From: Phoronis australis
Taxonomy: Eukaryota > Animalia > Phoronida
Length of the DNA: 64,000 nt
NCBI GenBank assembly: GCA_002633005.1
Contig: NMRA01000004.1
Span: 1,059,793 to 1,123,792, forward strand
Reading direction: 5' to 3'
Under the pieces are notes generated by a model, which worked only from the letters and a program-made list of their open reading frames with translations, was not told where the DNA came from and searched no databases. Below, piece after piece: positions 13,237-27,114 of this stretch. Position 1 is the stretch's first letter, and each line of letters begins with the position of its first letter. The position numbers and the translations under genes are program-made.

Positions 13237-14485
13237 CCCAGAGACAGCTATTAGGAACTCTACCAGAATTATTTACGCCATGACAGCTAGTGCACGCCGA
13301 GCCCAGCGCACGGACCAATTAACTCGGTGACACTTTATGAAATTTGCTATTTTATTTGAGTTCACGATAATTCAAAGATTGACTTTTGAACTCAATGCTA
13401 CGCTCCCGCGGCCCAGTGTTATAGAAAATGGCACTTGTTCACCTTCCTAGTACACCACAATCCCTGCATCGTAATCGAGAGAAGAGGCCTATCAGCAGAA
13501 AATATTTCACCAACACCGGAGTGAATGGATCAGCCAACTTATGGGAAACTTTTAGACACTCCAAACTGTGTGTGATCACCGAAAGCAGCGACAATAGAAT
13601 AAGACTGTTAAATGTTACTATGACGGTATATAGTTAATCCGCGGTGCTGAAACTAACCTATGCCCTGTTCAGTCAACCTTGTTTTTCTTTGGTGACTGGT
13701 AGAATGTTCCTTTGGAAACTGAAATCGTGCAACTCGTAGAACATTTTGTTTGTGGCACTTAATATAGACTCGAACATATGGGCCTTGAATGGGGCCCGGG
13801 GGCTCATTTGCGGAAAATCTGGGTATGTTCCCCTGAGATGGCTGGAATAGCATTTCTTTNCCCAGAGACAGCTATTAGGAACTCTACCAGAATTATTTAC
13901 GCCATGACAGAGCTAGTGCACGCCGAGCCCAGCGCACGGACCAATTAACTCGGTGACACTTTATGAAATTTGCTATTTTATTTGAGTTCACGATAATTCA
14001 AAGATTGACTTGTGGACTCAATGCTACGCTCCCGCGGCCCAGTGTTATAGAAAATGGCTCTTGTTCACCTTCCTAGTACACCACAATCCCTGCATCGTAA
14101 TCGAGAGAAGAGGCCTATCAGCAGAAAATATTTCACCAACACCGGAGTGAATGGATCAGCCAACTTATGGGAAACTTTTAGACACTCCAAACTGTGTGTG
14201 ATCACCGAAAGCAGCGACAATAGAATAAGACTGTTAAATGTTACTATGACGGTATATAGTTAATCCGCGGTGCTGAAACTAACCTATGCCCTGTTCAGTC
14301 AACCTTGTTTTTCTTTGGTGACTGGTAGAATGTTCCTTTGGAAACTGAAATCGTGCAACTCGTAGAACATTTTGTTTGTGGCACTTAATATAGACTCGAA
14401 CATATGGGCCTTGAATGGGGCCCGGGGGCTCATTTGCGGAAAATCTGGGTATGTTCCCCTGAGATGGCTGGAATAGCATTTCTTT
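13237..14485. repeat. ~625-bp direct tandem duplication joined by a single N (13860)
   Basis: 13237-13859 and 13861-14485 are near-identical (a few SNPs and a 2-bp indel); identical ORFs appear twice in the track. Confidence 0.9.
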
Positions 14486-14669
14486 GCCAAAAAATCTACA
14501 TGTAATTTTCAGGTCCCCGTGATGTCAGAATAATTCAGCATAATAATTTTGATCTAAGTGAACACGATTATATGTATACAAAGTATATGGCAGAATGCTC
14601 CGATTGCTGGCAAGACAAACATGCAGCCGGATTTTGTCGATCACTAGGTTTAAATCTTCCTGCTGTTCG

Positions 14670-14852
14670 CAGTCACGGGATTTGAGGGGCATGGCGGCCA
14701 TGCCCACCCCCCACCTCCCACCCCTAAAATTCTCCCATATTCAACTTGGCAGTTCGGGAATGCGAATGTCAGTGACGGGCAAAATCCTCTGGCTAATACA
14801 CTGCCCTGCCCCCCCNNNNNCCCCCCAGCTCAAAATCCTGGATCCGCTCTTG
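14670..14852. mobile_element. MITE family B copy, 5-bp TSD GTTCG
   Basis: Homologous to 2383-2546 (reverse orientation) and 27849-28007; GTTCG on both flanks. Confidence 0.75.
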
Positions 14853-15808
14853 GTTCGTAGCTCTGTACGATCATTTAATGATCTTTTATGCATGCAGCTT
14901 ATACATTTTAACTGTCTATAGCTGGAACTAAATGAGGTGATCCAGGCCCAGTCTCAGTTTAGTTCGAAACGTATACTCATTGGATCACTGAAATTTTCGG
15001 GTTATCACATCCTTCAAGTTGTAAACAGAAACAGGAACAAAGCCTTTATTTCTGTTTCCCTTGGATGTGATTATATCCCAAAATTTCAGTTGATCCATTA
15101 TTGTCGTTTAACTGGCGCACACCCAGCCTAAAAAAGAGGTGCTCGAAGTTTTGTGAGAGAATGCCGTGTAGGCCTACCTTACGGGGCAGCTATGAATCAT
15201 ACATTCGCCGAATTTTGTGGTAGTTCCTGCCTTTTTATTGTACTTTTGTCTCAGTTTCTACTTTTTTCGTAGTTTTTGTTTCTCTGAGGAGGATCGACCT
15301 TTTTGCTCACAGCATGATTACGGCGTTCGGCGCAACCCGGAGCCCGGCCCCTGAGTGCGGCGCATGATTTATATATATATATACATGTAACTCAGTTTGA
15401 AATACGAAACACCCATTAAAATCCGAGTTCCCTATCGCACTTAACAACCGCACTCTGACTTTGACAGGCTCCAGTCGGCACGGTGACCGGTTAGGGGTTG
15501 CCACGACTGGAGTCTACTTGTGCGGTTCACTTAGTGCAGCTCTGGGTGAATGCTTCAACTCATTGCTACTAGGTGGCAGCACATAACTCGGAAGAATATA
15601 GTGACATCTGTTATTTACAAGATTTTGCTGAATGTTTACAAACATTTGGCTGTCTCACTGTTTGTTCACAACTTCTGGATGACAGATTTCTTGTCAGACT
15701 CCACTGAACGCTGTTTTGACGACGTCATGTAACTTTAAAAGGATTTCAAAGTGAGTGCTAATAAGGAAAGGCTATAAACACCCATTATCACTCGTCAGAG
15801 CCTCTGAG

Positions 15809-18386
15809 TCTGACAGAGGTCAGTGTCAACGTCGTCAGTCGTGACAGCTCCACCTCTACCAATCCAGCTATCTGCACGGTTGGGGGCAAGTTTTGGGACC
15901 GATTTTGGGACCTGAATGAAGGACTGCTCGAAGAAAAAGTTTGATAACGGGAGTATTTGTTCGAGTTGGAAGGAATTAAAGACATCGACGGCCTCCTAAT
16001 GTGTCCCTCTATTTATAACAACATGACTTTGAAGTTTGATGTTTTAGTTGGTGTGAGGCATAATTTGCCGAAAAGCCTCTGACATATGAAGAGCGTATGG
16101 GAGCTACAGCGTCTCTATTGAGTTAGCTAGAGATGTGGTCATTGTCCACGTTTCAAGCCAGCGGCTGTGTGCTGGAAGATTCCATCTGCAAAATACGCTT
16201 ATTACCCTCATCTGGTTAAACTACCGAAGTTATGCTACTATGTGTTCTTTTTGAGTGCAGATACACACTTTCGGTGGCATTTGGAGTCCTTAATTCTTTC
16301 CAGTTCATAAGTCATATACTCCCACAATAATCTTTTTTTACGAATAGGGCTTCTTTCCGTCAATGAAATAGAAGACTTATCATTACATTCAATGTGCTCA
16401 AGGTCAAATGGAAACTTACAGAGGGTTATGGGGAGGTGGCCTGTCTACCAGCCATACCAAGAGGAGGCAGTGGTCATGTCAGTGGGACAGAACACCTCAT
16501 GAGTCTTCTGAAAAATAGCTATCCTATTACTTATGGAAGAACATTCCGGAAAGAAATTGCTTGAGCTGACATAACAGAGCTGCTTGGCTAGTCAATTGAA
16601 ATTCTGGAACAATGCAGTGCTAGGTATACATGGTAGAACAAAAGACTAATTCAAGTCATCGATTACACTACAGTGTGGAAATCGCAAACATCACATCACT
16701 TACTAGTACATCGTTTCACTGAATTGTCATTGTGGTGTGCATTCAGTGAATGATTATTGAAATCTATGACATAAATATGTGTGTCCCACATGTGCTCCTG
16801 TACTAGTAGATCTTCCCTTGCGTAATGGCAACCTGACTTCCATCAAAGTCATGGTGTTCTTCTCTAAAATCTGTTGACCTATTTACATCAACCTCTGGCC
16901 TACTTACATTGGTACTTGTAGGATGTTTCAGTCTGTGATTCTCCAGCTGTCTTCAGGTGTTACAGCATTCTTAGAAGAACAAGCACATGGGTGTATGGTG
17001 CACACATGGGTGCACGGTGCACTCATGGGTGCACGGTGCACACATNTATGACAGTTTGAAAATCTAGAAAAATGGCCGATTTTGCCGATTCCAGAAAATC
17101 GGCCATTATGGTTTGCTCACCCTAGCTCTGACAGAGGTCAGTGTCAACGTCGTCAGTCGTCAGCTCCACCTCTACCAATCCAGCTATCTGCACGATTGGG
17201 GGCAAGTTTTGGGACCGATTTTGGGACCTGAGTGACGGACTGCTGGAAGAAAAAGTTTGATAACGGGAGTATTTGTTCGATTTGGAAGGAATTAAAGACA
17301 TCAACGGCCTCCTAATGTGTCCCTCTATTTATAACAACATGACTTTGATGTTTTAGTTGGTGTGAGGCATAATTTGCCGAAAAGCCTCCGACATATGAAG
17401 AGCGTATGGGAGCTACAGCGTCTCTATTGAGTTAGCTAGAGATGTGGTCATTGTCTACATTTCAAGCCAGCGGCTGTGTGCTGGAAGATTTCATCTGCAA
17501 AATACGCTTATTACCCTGGTTAAACTACCGAAGTTATGTTACTATGTGTTCTTTTTGAGTGCAGATACACACTTTCAGTGGCATTTGGAGTCCTTAATTC
17601 TTTCCAATTCATAAGTCATATACTCCCACAATAATCTTTTTTTACGAATAGGGCTTCTTTCCGTCAATGAAATAGAAGACTTATCATTACATTCAATGTG
17701 CTCAAGGTCAAATGGAAACGTACAGAGGGTTATGGGGAGGTGGCCTGTCTACCAGCCATACCAAGAGGAGGCAGCACAGATGGAGGACTTGTCTATGTTG
17801 CCAGGAGGCCTATGGTAGTGGTCATGTCAGTGGGACAGAACACCTCATGAGTCTTCTAAAAAATAGCTATCCTATTACTTATGAAAGAACATTCCAGAAA
17901 GAAATTGCTTGAGCTGACATAACAGAGCTGCTTGGCTAGTCAATTGAAATTCTGGAACAATGCAGTGCTAGGTATACATGGTAGAACAAATTCAAGTCAT
18001 CGATTACACTACAGTGTGGAAATCGCAAACATCACATCACTTACTAGTACATCGTTTCGCTGAATTGTCATTATGGTGTCCATTCAGTGAATGAGTATTG
18101 AAATCTATGACATAAATATGTGTGTCCCACATGTGCTCCTGTACTAGTAGATCTTCCCTTGTGTAATGGCAACCTGACTTCCATCAAAGTCATGGTGTTC
18201 TTCTCTAAAATCTGTTGACCTATTTACATCAACCTCTGGCCTACTTACATTGGTACTTGTAGGATGTTTCAGTCTGTGATTCTCCAGCTGTCTTCAGGTG
18301 TTACAGCATTCTTAGAAGAACAAGCACATGGGTGTATGGTGCACACATGGGTGCACGGTGCACTCATGGGTGCACGGTGCACACAT
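15809..18386. repeat. ~1.25-kb direct duplication (15809-17045 and 17127-18386) with an N at 17046
   Basis: Copies align with SNPs and several indels, including a ~40-bp deletion in copy 1. Confidence 0.9.
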
Positions 18387-18434
18387 AGGTGCACGGTGCA
18401 CCCATGGGTGCATGGTGCACACATGGGTGTATGG
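18325..18434. repeat. 19-bp minisatellite (CACATGGGTGCACGGTGCA), about 6 units
   Basis: Direct inspection; a partial array also lies at ~16985-17045. Confidence 0.9.
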
Positions 18435-19304
18435 AAAAAAAATGCTCATTGTGTTATTCTACTTTTCTTTTGTAGAAGCACTTTGTTTAATGTTATCTGT
18501 GTTTAATGATACAACTCTAACAAAGCCGTCTGCTTTTTTGATGTTTTCCACAGGTTTGAGAATGATCACTGGCAAAACAAACAGGGGAACCATTCTTAAG
18601 AAGTTCACAAAAGTTGCAGCAGTGATTACAATTGAGTGTTCTGAAGGTCAGATCTAGTTCTATTGCCTGTGAAGACGGGTGAGTACTGATGGAATATGTC
18701 AAGTCATGACAGAATATTTCCTGTCGTGATGGTTGGGCACAGGCAGAATATTCGACTTTGAGCGTAGGCGTAAAATTCAATCGTAATGGCTGAGTGCAGT
18801 GGGGATATTCTCCATCATGACAACTGAGTATAGGCTAAATATTCCCCCATGGCATGAATACTGATGGGGATTTGTCCCATTATAGTCAGTGTGAAGTGTA
18901 TGCCAGGACATCATTTCACTTATCTCACATGCATCGTTGGAAAAGAGTACTTAATTAATGTTATGAATATACGTTCAAGATTGCCAGCTTGTGTACTTAA
19001 GATAAGCTGTCATCAGTTGGTCATTACACGTCAACATCTCCTAAATGTTTCATTTCTGTTGCAAGTATAGCTCTTTCATACACATAGTGGTTTGGAAAAC
19101 TACGGTATGATTTTTTGTTATAAATATTTTTAATGGGCTATAAATCTGTACGTCATCAAAGAAGTGAACTTTTGCTTTAAATAGGCCACTTTTAAATGCA
19201 ATAAAATTGATTTCAACTTGCCCCTTCTTCAAGTGAAAATTGATTTCTGGACTGACAAAGAAATGATAGTTCATTACTTCTTAAGACCTTGCTCTGTATA
19301 TAAA

Positions 19305-19444
19305 ATGACATGCTGTGACAAGCCATGTTGTAGAGCCGTATGACACGCTGTAACAAGCCATGTTGTAGAGCCGTATGACACGCCGTAACAAGCCATGTTG
19401 TAGAGCCGTATGACATGCCGTGACAAGCCAAGTTGTAGAGCCGT
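19305..19444. repeat. 35-bp minisatellite, 4 units
   Basis: Unit ATGACACGCTGTAACAAGCCATGTTGTAGAGCCGT repeated head to tail. Confidence 0.9.
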
Positions 19445-19709
19445 ACTTCATGCAGTTGTGAAATGTCAGTTCTTTTGATGCCCTCAAATTACCCCTAATT
19501 TTTCTAAGGAACAATTTGAGACCAATTTTATAATTCATAATATTGAATGCTCTAAATCAAACATTTGGTTTAGTGATGGAATCTGGGTTTATTGCCTCTT
19601 TAAAATAACCAGCAATCTTTCTTAATTATTTCTAATGAATACCAAAAGCATCAAGTCCCCTTTATCTTCGAATTTACTGGCTGACACCTCACTTTTCAGT
19701 TGCCTTGTG

Positions 19710-22700
19710 ATGGCCGCAGCCAATGGTAGTACAAGCACACCCAAGTTCACCCTGTCGCAGATCAGCCATGCAGTAGACAGGTTTATCAAAGTTCTTAAGT
19801 TAGATACAGAGAGGCTGGGGCAGCATAAACAACATATTGCCAAGGTGAGTAGCTGCAAAGTCACACATTTGTTTTTTCATTTGACGTTGATATCACCGTC
19901 AGTTTGAAAACCATGTGCAATGTCTTTGTTGTCTACTTTGGTTGTAATGTGGATGTTGCACTGTGACTAGATGAAGAAGATTACTATCTGTTATAATATA
20001 ATTGTTTGGAGCAAACTCCTAGGCAAGTATGAGCTTGTAAGTCAAATTGAATTGGGGAATTTCAACATTCCATTCGCATAATAATAATTAACTATATTTT
20101 ATCTTGTTATTACCCTGAGGAGGCATTGTGGCGTAGTCGGTTGAATGTCCGGGTCCTATTGTCAAGGTCGTGGATTCGAATAAAACTGGACACCACTGCT
20201 AGATACATGAGTCAGGTTTCTGGCTCCTCAACGTGGTTTTAATTTGTGTATATTAATTATGTTTCATGTACATGTTTATGCTAAAAAAAACAAAAAAAGC
20301 AGTTTCAAGTGTCTGGTACAATTCAGTCTGCTGAGTGTATTGCGTCTCAGTCCACCTTCACTATGTTTTAGGTACTATTATCAATGTATAGAATACGTCA
20401 ATCTCGATATGGCGTGGGAAATATGTTGCAAACATTTTAAGTCTTGTCAGCACACATCACGTGACCTAATGAATATAAGTCTGAAAAAAATTCTGCCCCT
20501 GACCGTGTTCGGATCACGTGATGTGCACTTTGTTTATGGATTATTGTATTCTGATACACAGTACAAAGTGTTGGAAGACTGGACATCTCTACACAAGGAA
20601 CATATCAATGCTGCCCGCTCCGTCCAACAGCTCAAGTCAAACATTCAAGAGCTTGGCAATACCCGTCGACAGATAAGGGACTCTGACTTGGGACAGTTCG
20701 ACAAGAAGGTTTGCCAAGTGAAGACAGAGGCGCAATGTGCAATAGATGACTTGCTTGAGCTTCAAGGAAATGAGCATGCTTTGGTTGTGGTCCAAGATAA
20801 CAAAGGTTGGTTTACTGCACACCTGTGTATTGTATGAGTATCAATTCTATGAGATTTTCTCTTGTTTCTTATCGAAACTCAGGTTTTCAGAGTGTTGGAA
20901 GAAACTGAAATGAGTGGCTCATCCGGGCATCTCGGATACCTCTACCAAATGTGATGTCATTTTTGATAATGTGGCACGGTTGACCAATTTGCTGCGGTCA
21001 TATAGTCATGTTGATCGGTGCAACTTGCCACCTGATCAGCTTACCCCCAGAACTACTATGCATCAATCACACAGTCATTAGTAATCTAAGGTTGAGGAAG
21101 GCTTTGCTGCAAGTGTTAGCAAAACGCAGGAATTGGATGACCAACTGTGTGTACCGTATGTGTTAACCAAGTTGGGCACTTAACTGAAGCAGGAACATAA
21201 TGTCTAAACCCGTCAGTTGCTGAATGCACTGGAAATCAAGAGCTTTGTGGAAGTTAGTGGTGTGAAAATCTGATGATGATTTGTAAGTTATTCATGACAG
21301 CATTCTCACATTCAGTGACTTTACCAGATGTAGAGGGTTCAGTGATAACATATAGCTCCTTTGTTAACTGCTAAGCACAGTCTTTTGTGTGGTATGACAA
21401 CAGGCAGGCCAATTACCTACCAGGTTTATTACAGACCACATGTGAACCCAGTCAAACCCAAACTGTTCAGAAAGAATAGATTGTCATAACTTCGGTTAGA
21501 GTTGGCTGATTTTAGTGATTCAGAAACATGATCAGCATTTGAGGAGGAATTTAGAAATGCAATTGGTTTATGTGCTCAGAACTTTACTTTTGTTTTTAAC
21601 AGCACAGCCCAGTTAGGCTAGATATGATCTTATTGGAGATTAGAGCAATTATCAAACAAAAGAGCTGGCCCTCCAACCATAAATGCCAGAATGCAGTTAA
21701 CCAGTTTTGTAAGATATTGGCTACAGGGGTCATCTTCCCAACTTGTTGTTGGGCTATAGAATCGAACAAGTTGGGAGCAACGAGAAAACACCGTATTGTT
21801 TTGTGTTATTTCTTGGAATGACAATAAAACATTGAATCTTAAAAACAAGAAACAATGTCATTTCAGAGTCTCCCAGTGACCAGGCTATGGATATTAGGTC
21901 AGATTCCAACACTTGGTGGAATGATCCTGCCTCTGACACCGATGAAGAAGCTGCTGAATATTCCCCAGTTTCTACAGAGCAAGCTCAGCTGAAGTTGTTA
22001 CAAGAACAGCAGGCCCTGGAGCAGCAGAGGCTTGCTGAAGAATCTTGGGAGAAGTTGCAACAGGTTTGTGTGGTGTATTTTATTCTTTTTCAATATTAAC
22101 TTTTTGGGTATTATCATAACCTGCCTTGAATGGGGAAATAACTCTGCACATTTTGTCACAAATCAGCTTTTGATTTTATTAGGACACTTACTCTCATTAG
22201 TCAGTCTCATCTCGTTCCTTGCTGATATTGAAATTGATTTCTATTCTTGAGAAGAACTGACATGTCACTCTTGTTTCAGACAAGCTCCATTAATTTGTCA
22301 GTTTCAGTCTCCAATGCAGTATTTTTGTCAAGAGAATTTCAGGTGGTTTATTTTATCCAATTTCAATTCAAACAAAAGATGGGAATGTGGTGGCATTGCT
22401 TTTGAAGAGCAGTCACGTAATGTAAAGAAAGTTGTTGGTTTTTGAAACACCAAACGATGGTTTAACATGACTTTCAGTTAGTTTTAATGTACACAATAAC
22501 TACAACAATATTGTTCATGCTTATTTTGGATTCATAAGATTCTTCTTGCCATCTGCATTAGTGTGTCCTGTCATTTTATCTAGTTAGTAAATAGCGCTTT
22601 TGTGTTTCAGAGCTTGGAAGACGTGAATGAAATATTCCAGTGTCTATCTAATCTTGTTCATGTAAGTTGGACATTTTTAGTAAAGAATGGACAAGCATTT

Positions 22701-24001
22701 GTTTTCACATACTGATGGAAAACCGTTTTCTTTCTCAGGCATCAAGGCCACAAACATTTCAACTTTAAGCGCAGTTTGTTTCCTAGGTTAGAGTAAAAAT
22801 TCTAATCTTCAATCGAAAGAAGCCAGTGGTAAAAGTGGGGCACTGTGTAACTGTTTTTGTTTACTGCTGCTCCTCTGTTTGTTTGTAGTGCCACTAGTGT
22901 TTGCTATATTGTGCATGCAGCTCTGTGGCTGTGTAGCTAAACAATAGTCTGCCTACTTATGAGTTTGCATGTGACCTACATCTGGGAAAGCTTGCTATTG
23001 TCATTATATTTTAAAGTTGTCTGACGTGAAGATGTGTTAAGGAATAGGGAGAATTTCAATATTACCAAATTATTAGAATCAAACAAACGCATTACAACAA
23101 GTGACGTCACAAATGTGTCACGAAGAAAGGATTTAATATCTGTTGTTCTTGTGAATATCGCTTCCTGTGCTGCCCTTGGCATCTACACGCTGTCCTAAGT
23201 ATTTACTGTAAATCCAATCAGTAACAGGCATTCGTAGTTGCCAGTTGGGAAATGTGATATGGCACTTAATGTAGTCTTCCACTGACTTACAGAGGTGCTG
23301 CAAAGTTTGATAGCTTGTTACTAACAACTGATCATATTTTGTTTTATTAGTAGAAGAACAGATTCACCATCTCATATAATGTTTGTCTCTACTAGGCCCA
23401 GCAGGAGACTGTAGACACCATTGAAGAAAATATTGAACATGCCACGGAAGATGTCACACAAGGCACTGAGCAGTTAGCAAAAGGCGCAAAGTGGAAAGCT
23501 GCCATGCTTCCTGTGGCAGGTGCTTTGATTGGTGGAATTATTGGTGGACCTATTGGATTGGTGGCTGGCATGAAAATAGGTGGCGCTGCTGGCCTAGTCG
23601 GGGGTGTTGTAGGTGAGTCTGCCATTTTTATTTGCCTTTCTGTAAGTGCACTGAATACATGACGCACATTTCTACTATCGAGAAATTTGTTCACTTTGAT
23701 TTACAGTCTTGTAGTGGGGGTGTTTTTTTTTTTAATTTCCCGTTTGATTTAGGTCGTGAAGTGGCAATGGTGTTTCATCTTAGTTTCCATTAATTCATGT
23801 TTCCAAGGTAATGGTTTAAATGTACTTAAGCAAATTCTGTCTCGTATTGCAGGTGCGGCTAGTGGTAGAATTATTCAGAAAAATCAGTCACAGTCGGTTG
23901 ATGCTGATATGGCAGAGTTGAAGTTGATGACAGGTGGTCAGAAGACCAATAAACCAGAGCTGTCATTAGATGATCTGAAGAAGCCTAAGAGGAAATCATA
24001 A
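19710..24001 (+). CDS. STX17: Syntaxin-17 (autophagosomal Qa-SNARE), ~330 aa, 6 coding exons
   Basis: Exons 19710-19844, 20562-20805, 21867-22063, 22611-22661, 23396-23612, 23853-24001. Diagnostic segments: LHKEHINAARSVQQLKSNIQE; SNARE motif LVHAQQETVDTIEENIEHATEDVTQGTEQL; Gly-rich hairpin TM LPVAGALIGGIIGGPIGLVAGMKIGGAAGLVGGVVG; basic tail KKPKRKS. Confidence 0.95.
20117..20200 (+). mobile_element. tRNA-derived SINE-like head in an STX17 intron
   Basis: A-box-like TGGCGTAGTCGG and B-box-like GGATTCGAAT at Pol III spacing; no complete cloverleaf. Confidence 0.4.
21298..21793 (+). mobile_element. ~500-bp non-autonomous DNA element, family D copy 1
   Basis: Collinear homology with 30325-30858 and 54259-54783. 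Confidence 0.8.
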
Positions 24002-26709
24002 AGTCTCACCTTGTTATATGAAACATTTTAGCATTCCCTAATTACAGGAAGATGAGTTGTCACTTTGACTGGACCTTCTATCAGAGTATTTGGCTGTATT
24101 TAAGATATTTTTAGTTTTTCATGTCCTACCCTGACTGCTCTGATATGGGTAGGTTGGTACGTAACATGTTTTGTTTTCAATTTTGTTGTTGGTGGGCAGT
24201 CATTTTTGTTGCAACAAAACGTGCATTTACAAATTAGAAAATAATTCTTCATTTGTCAGATGTTAAAAGAAATTTATTTTAATTGTACATATTTATGATT
24301 GGTTGTTCGAGTGAAACAGGGTAATTTTTAATCTAGGCGTAACTTGAGATTTACGTGTATCGGGGAATTGGAATCAATGCCCATTGTGTGAATAAACTCA
24401 GCTTTGTCAGCCGGACAAGGACTACAGTTGTGAACCCTTCCTTTCAATCATTTATGAACAAGTAGTTTTTACAGTTATTATTCAGCAGAATATCCCAGAA
24501 GATTTCTATTTGATGTTGTGCAGCTACGATATTGACGTGTATGTAACTGTCAAGTGTACGGTCACAGGACAAAAGTCAAATCAGACAAAATACTGTTTCG
24601 CCATCATGACAGCTTAATTACTCCCATATTCCGTTTTCCCACTCTTCTCGGCTGTGAGGTAAGATTATATTAATTGTATAATGGTGGAGGTGTGCGCACG
24701 ATGGGGTTTTCCGTCCTTTGTCCTTCAGAACATTCCGGAAGGGGTTAAATGTGACATCCCGCATCCATGAATATTTATCCAGCTTATCCCACTTCTTTAA
24801 ATCGACATTGCAGCCCACAGCACAGTAATAATACTTTCCCGGGGTGACTTAAATATGATATAAAATATAAAGTATCAAACGACAGGTGCTAGCATGCGAA
24901 TCTCCATAGGAGCTAGAGCAAGGCTGCTGACCTGCCTACCGTATCTGGAGGTGTGCCGCCAATTCGTACCTCACGGCATGGGAGAGTGATCAATGTAGAA
25001 GGCGAGAATTTTGTCAACAGCAAAAATGACTGTTAGTAACTACTGGAGCAGCAAAACTCTAATTATAGAATGGCTTATCCCCTTTACGAACTTTTTTGCT
25101 AATTACTAATATTTTTTTCTGAATACTTTCGGTTTGTACTGTATTTGCAGGTGGAAATTTTCGGGATATGCACCAAGACTTTCTGTCAAAATCTCTAGTA
25201 CTACAAATTCTTTATTTTAAAAGTGGTTTTCTGTTGATCTGTTGACTATGTCAGTCTGTCCCAGGTACAAGTTTAGATTATTTTATTGTGAGGATTCTAA
25301 GAACAAAAGTCCTGAAATTTTAATTTTATTAATAAAGTGTCCGAAACCATAATACAAGTGCATGGTAATTTTGTGAATAAAACCAATGTGGACATTTTTG
25401 TTTATGTTTTCCTAACCTTTACTACAAAACAAGTGAAATATGACAACAACCGTGAGAAAGTGACTTGTGTCAGTGATAGTTTGGCTAATTTATACCCAAG
25501 AAACTTATGGTTATTATGATGATTTGTGTAAATGTGTCAAACGTTGACTGATGACCATGCATAAATGGCATCTGGTGCTTTTCAAAACATTTATTTGGAA
25601 ATGCTTAGAGTAAGAGCTTAAGGTATGTAGGGAGCAGGTAACATTTATATTTATATTCCAATGGGTATATCACACAGTTCTTGTGAAGGCTTATCAGTTT
25701 GTGCCATGATCATGAAACAAGCGTTGATTCTATTTGTTTTGTTAGTCCAGACCTGGGACGTATTTTCTATATCCAAGGTACTGCTTTATTAGTCTAGACC
25801 TGGGATGTGTTCTCTAGATCCAAGGCACTTGCCAAGCACTTGCTTATGGACCGGAAACGGAGAAGTGTGTCCCGTAATTCAACGTTCCAATGGACCAACC
25901 AGTCATTTCACTTGCCCCCATTTTATTTGGGTACACTAGCAAAGTCTGAAACAACTTGTGAATCACTTGCCTTTCGCTCACAGTGTTTTAAATACGTTTA
26001 TTTTTGTGACATTATTCCGTCTACAAAACGCATCATGTTTTATATTTGAGCACTTAAAGTGTTGTGTTGTTGACGGCAAGTTTATTTTAGGACAAGATGT
26101 CTCTTGGGCCTTAATAATTGTTGAACGGACTCAACAAAGAGATTAGACTAACACAAAGTAGATGGAGAGACAATTTCCAGTTTAATTCCGCTACCTTGGC
26201 CGTTTTAGTCTTTTGCAAAATAGTCCTTGTCTATAGATCTGTTGTCAAAGTAGCTCTATTTATTTTCAAAGACCTTCACAGAGAGGTCGCTTTTGTCATC
26301 GGGTTTTATGTAAAGAAAGCAGTTTATTCAAAGTGTTTGCCTTACTATATACATGCTGTGTTGTGGTGCGCCCGTACTTTACATAGTTGTACATTGGATT
26401 TGTCAAGTAAAAGTTGTATTTAAATAAATTGGTCATGTAGTACACAAGTCTTTGTGTAAATTACAAGGTATCTTTAAAATGTACTTTCAGTTCAGATTCA
26501 GGTGACTTTTCCCAATGAACATTGCAGTTACCGTAATTTGAAGTGTGAAGTGCATTTTAGGACATCCTGTATTATCGAATTAATAAACGTGTATATTAGA
26601 AACGTCGAAGAGTGGAATCCATTCGGACTTTAGTAATTCTTAGGTCACGTCATGTGACCGTGTTAACTTGAAAGATGTGTCTAATATAGGCATGGTGAAT
26701 GGCATAGTA

Positions 26710-27114
26710 TCGGGAATTTCCGAAAATAGGCCCATGGGCAAATATTCGGAAAATGGCTTAAAAAACGTCAAATAAAACCGGATATACGCCCGGAATATGT
26801 TCTGTAAAGGGGGGGGGGGCATATTTTTGGAGTGTCCTTCATAATTGTGCCAATACTGTTAGTAACCAAAAAAAATCGTCCAATATCACGTTAAATGGCA
26901 GTCATTTGAGTGAAATCGCGACTATCACAAAATTTAACGTCTTGTCCAAATAAACAAAACTTTACATCAAATCATGTCACCATGCACACGTATTTCAGAA
27001 CAATAAGATTTTCCAACATGCAAACAGTTACCGAAAATACTCCCACGGGCTTACTTTTGTAAAAATTTCTAAAAGTACGCCCATGGGCGTACATTTGGGT
27101 GGGCGTATTCCCGG
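26710..27114. mobile_element. TA-TSD MITE related to 276-675
   Basis: Ends TA-TCGGGAATTTCCG and TTCCCGG-TA; repeated CCCATGGGC subterminal motifs. Confidence 0.5.

Noticed and set aside
13428-14479. Identical short ORF pairs suggesting duplicated genes (also 57968/58667 and 58272/58971)
   Set aside because: They fall inside non-coding tandem duplications and show no domain or splice support.
19305-19444. CRISPR-like 35-bp periodicity
   Set aside because: Head-to-tail units without unique spacers, in eukaryotic DNA with no cas genes; it is a minisatellite.
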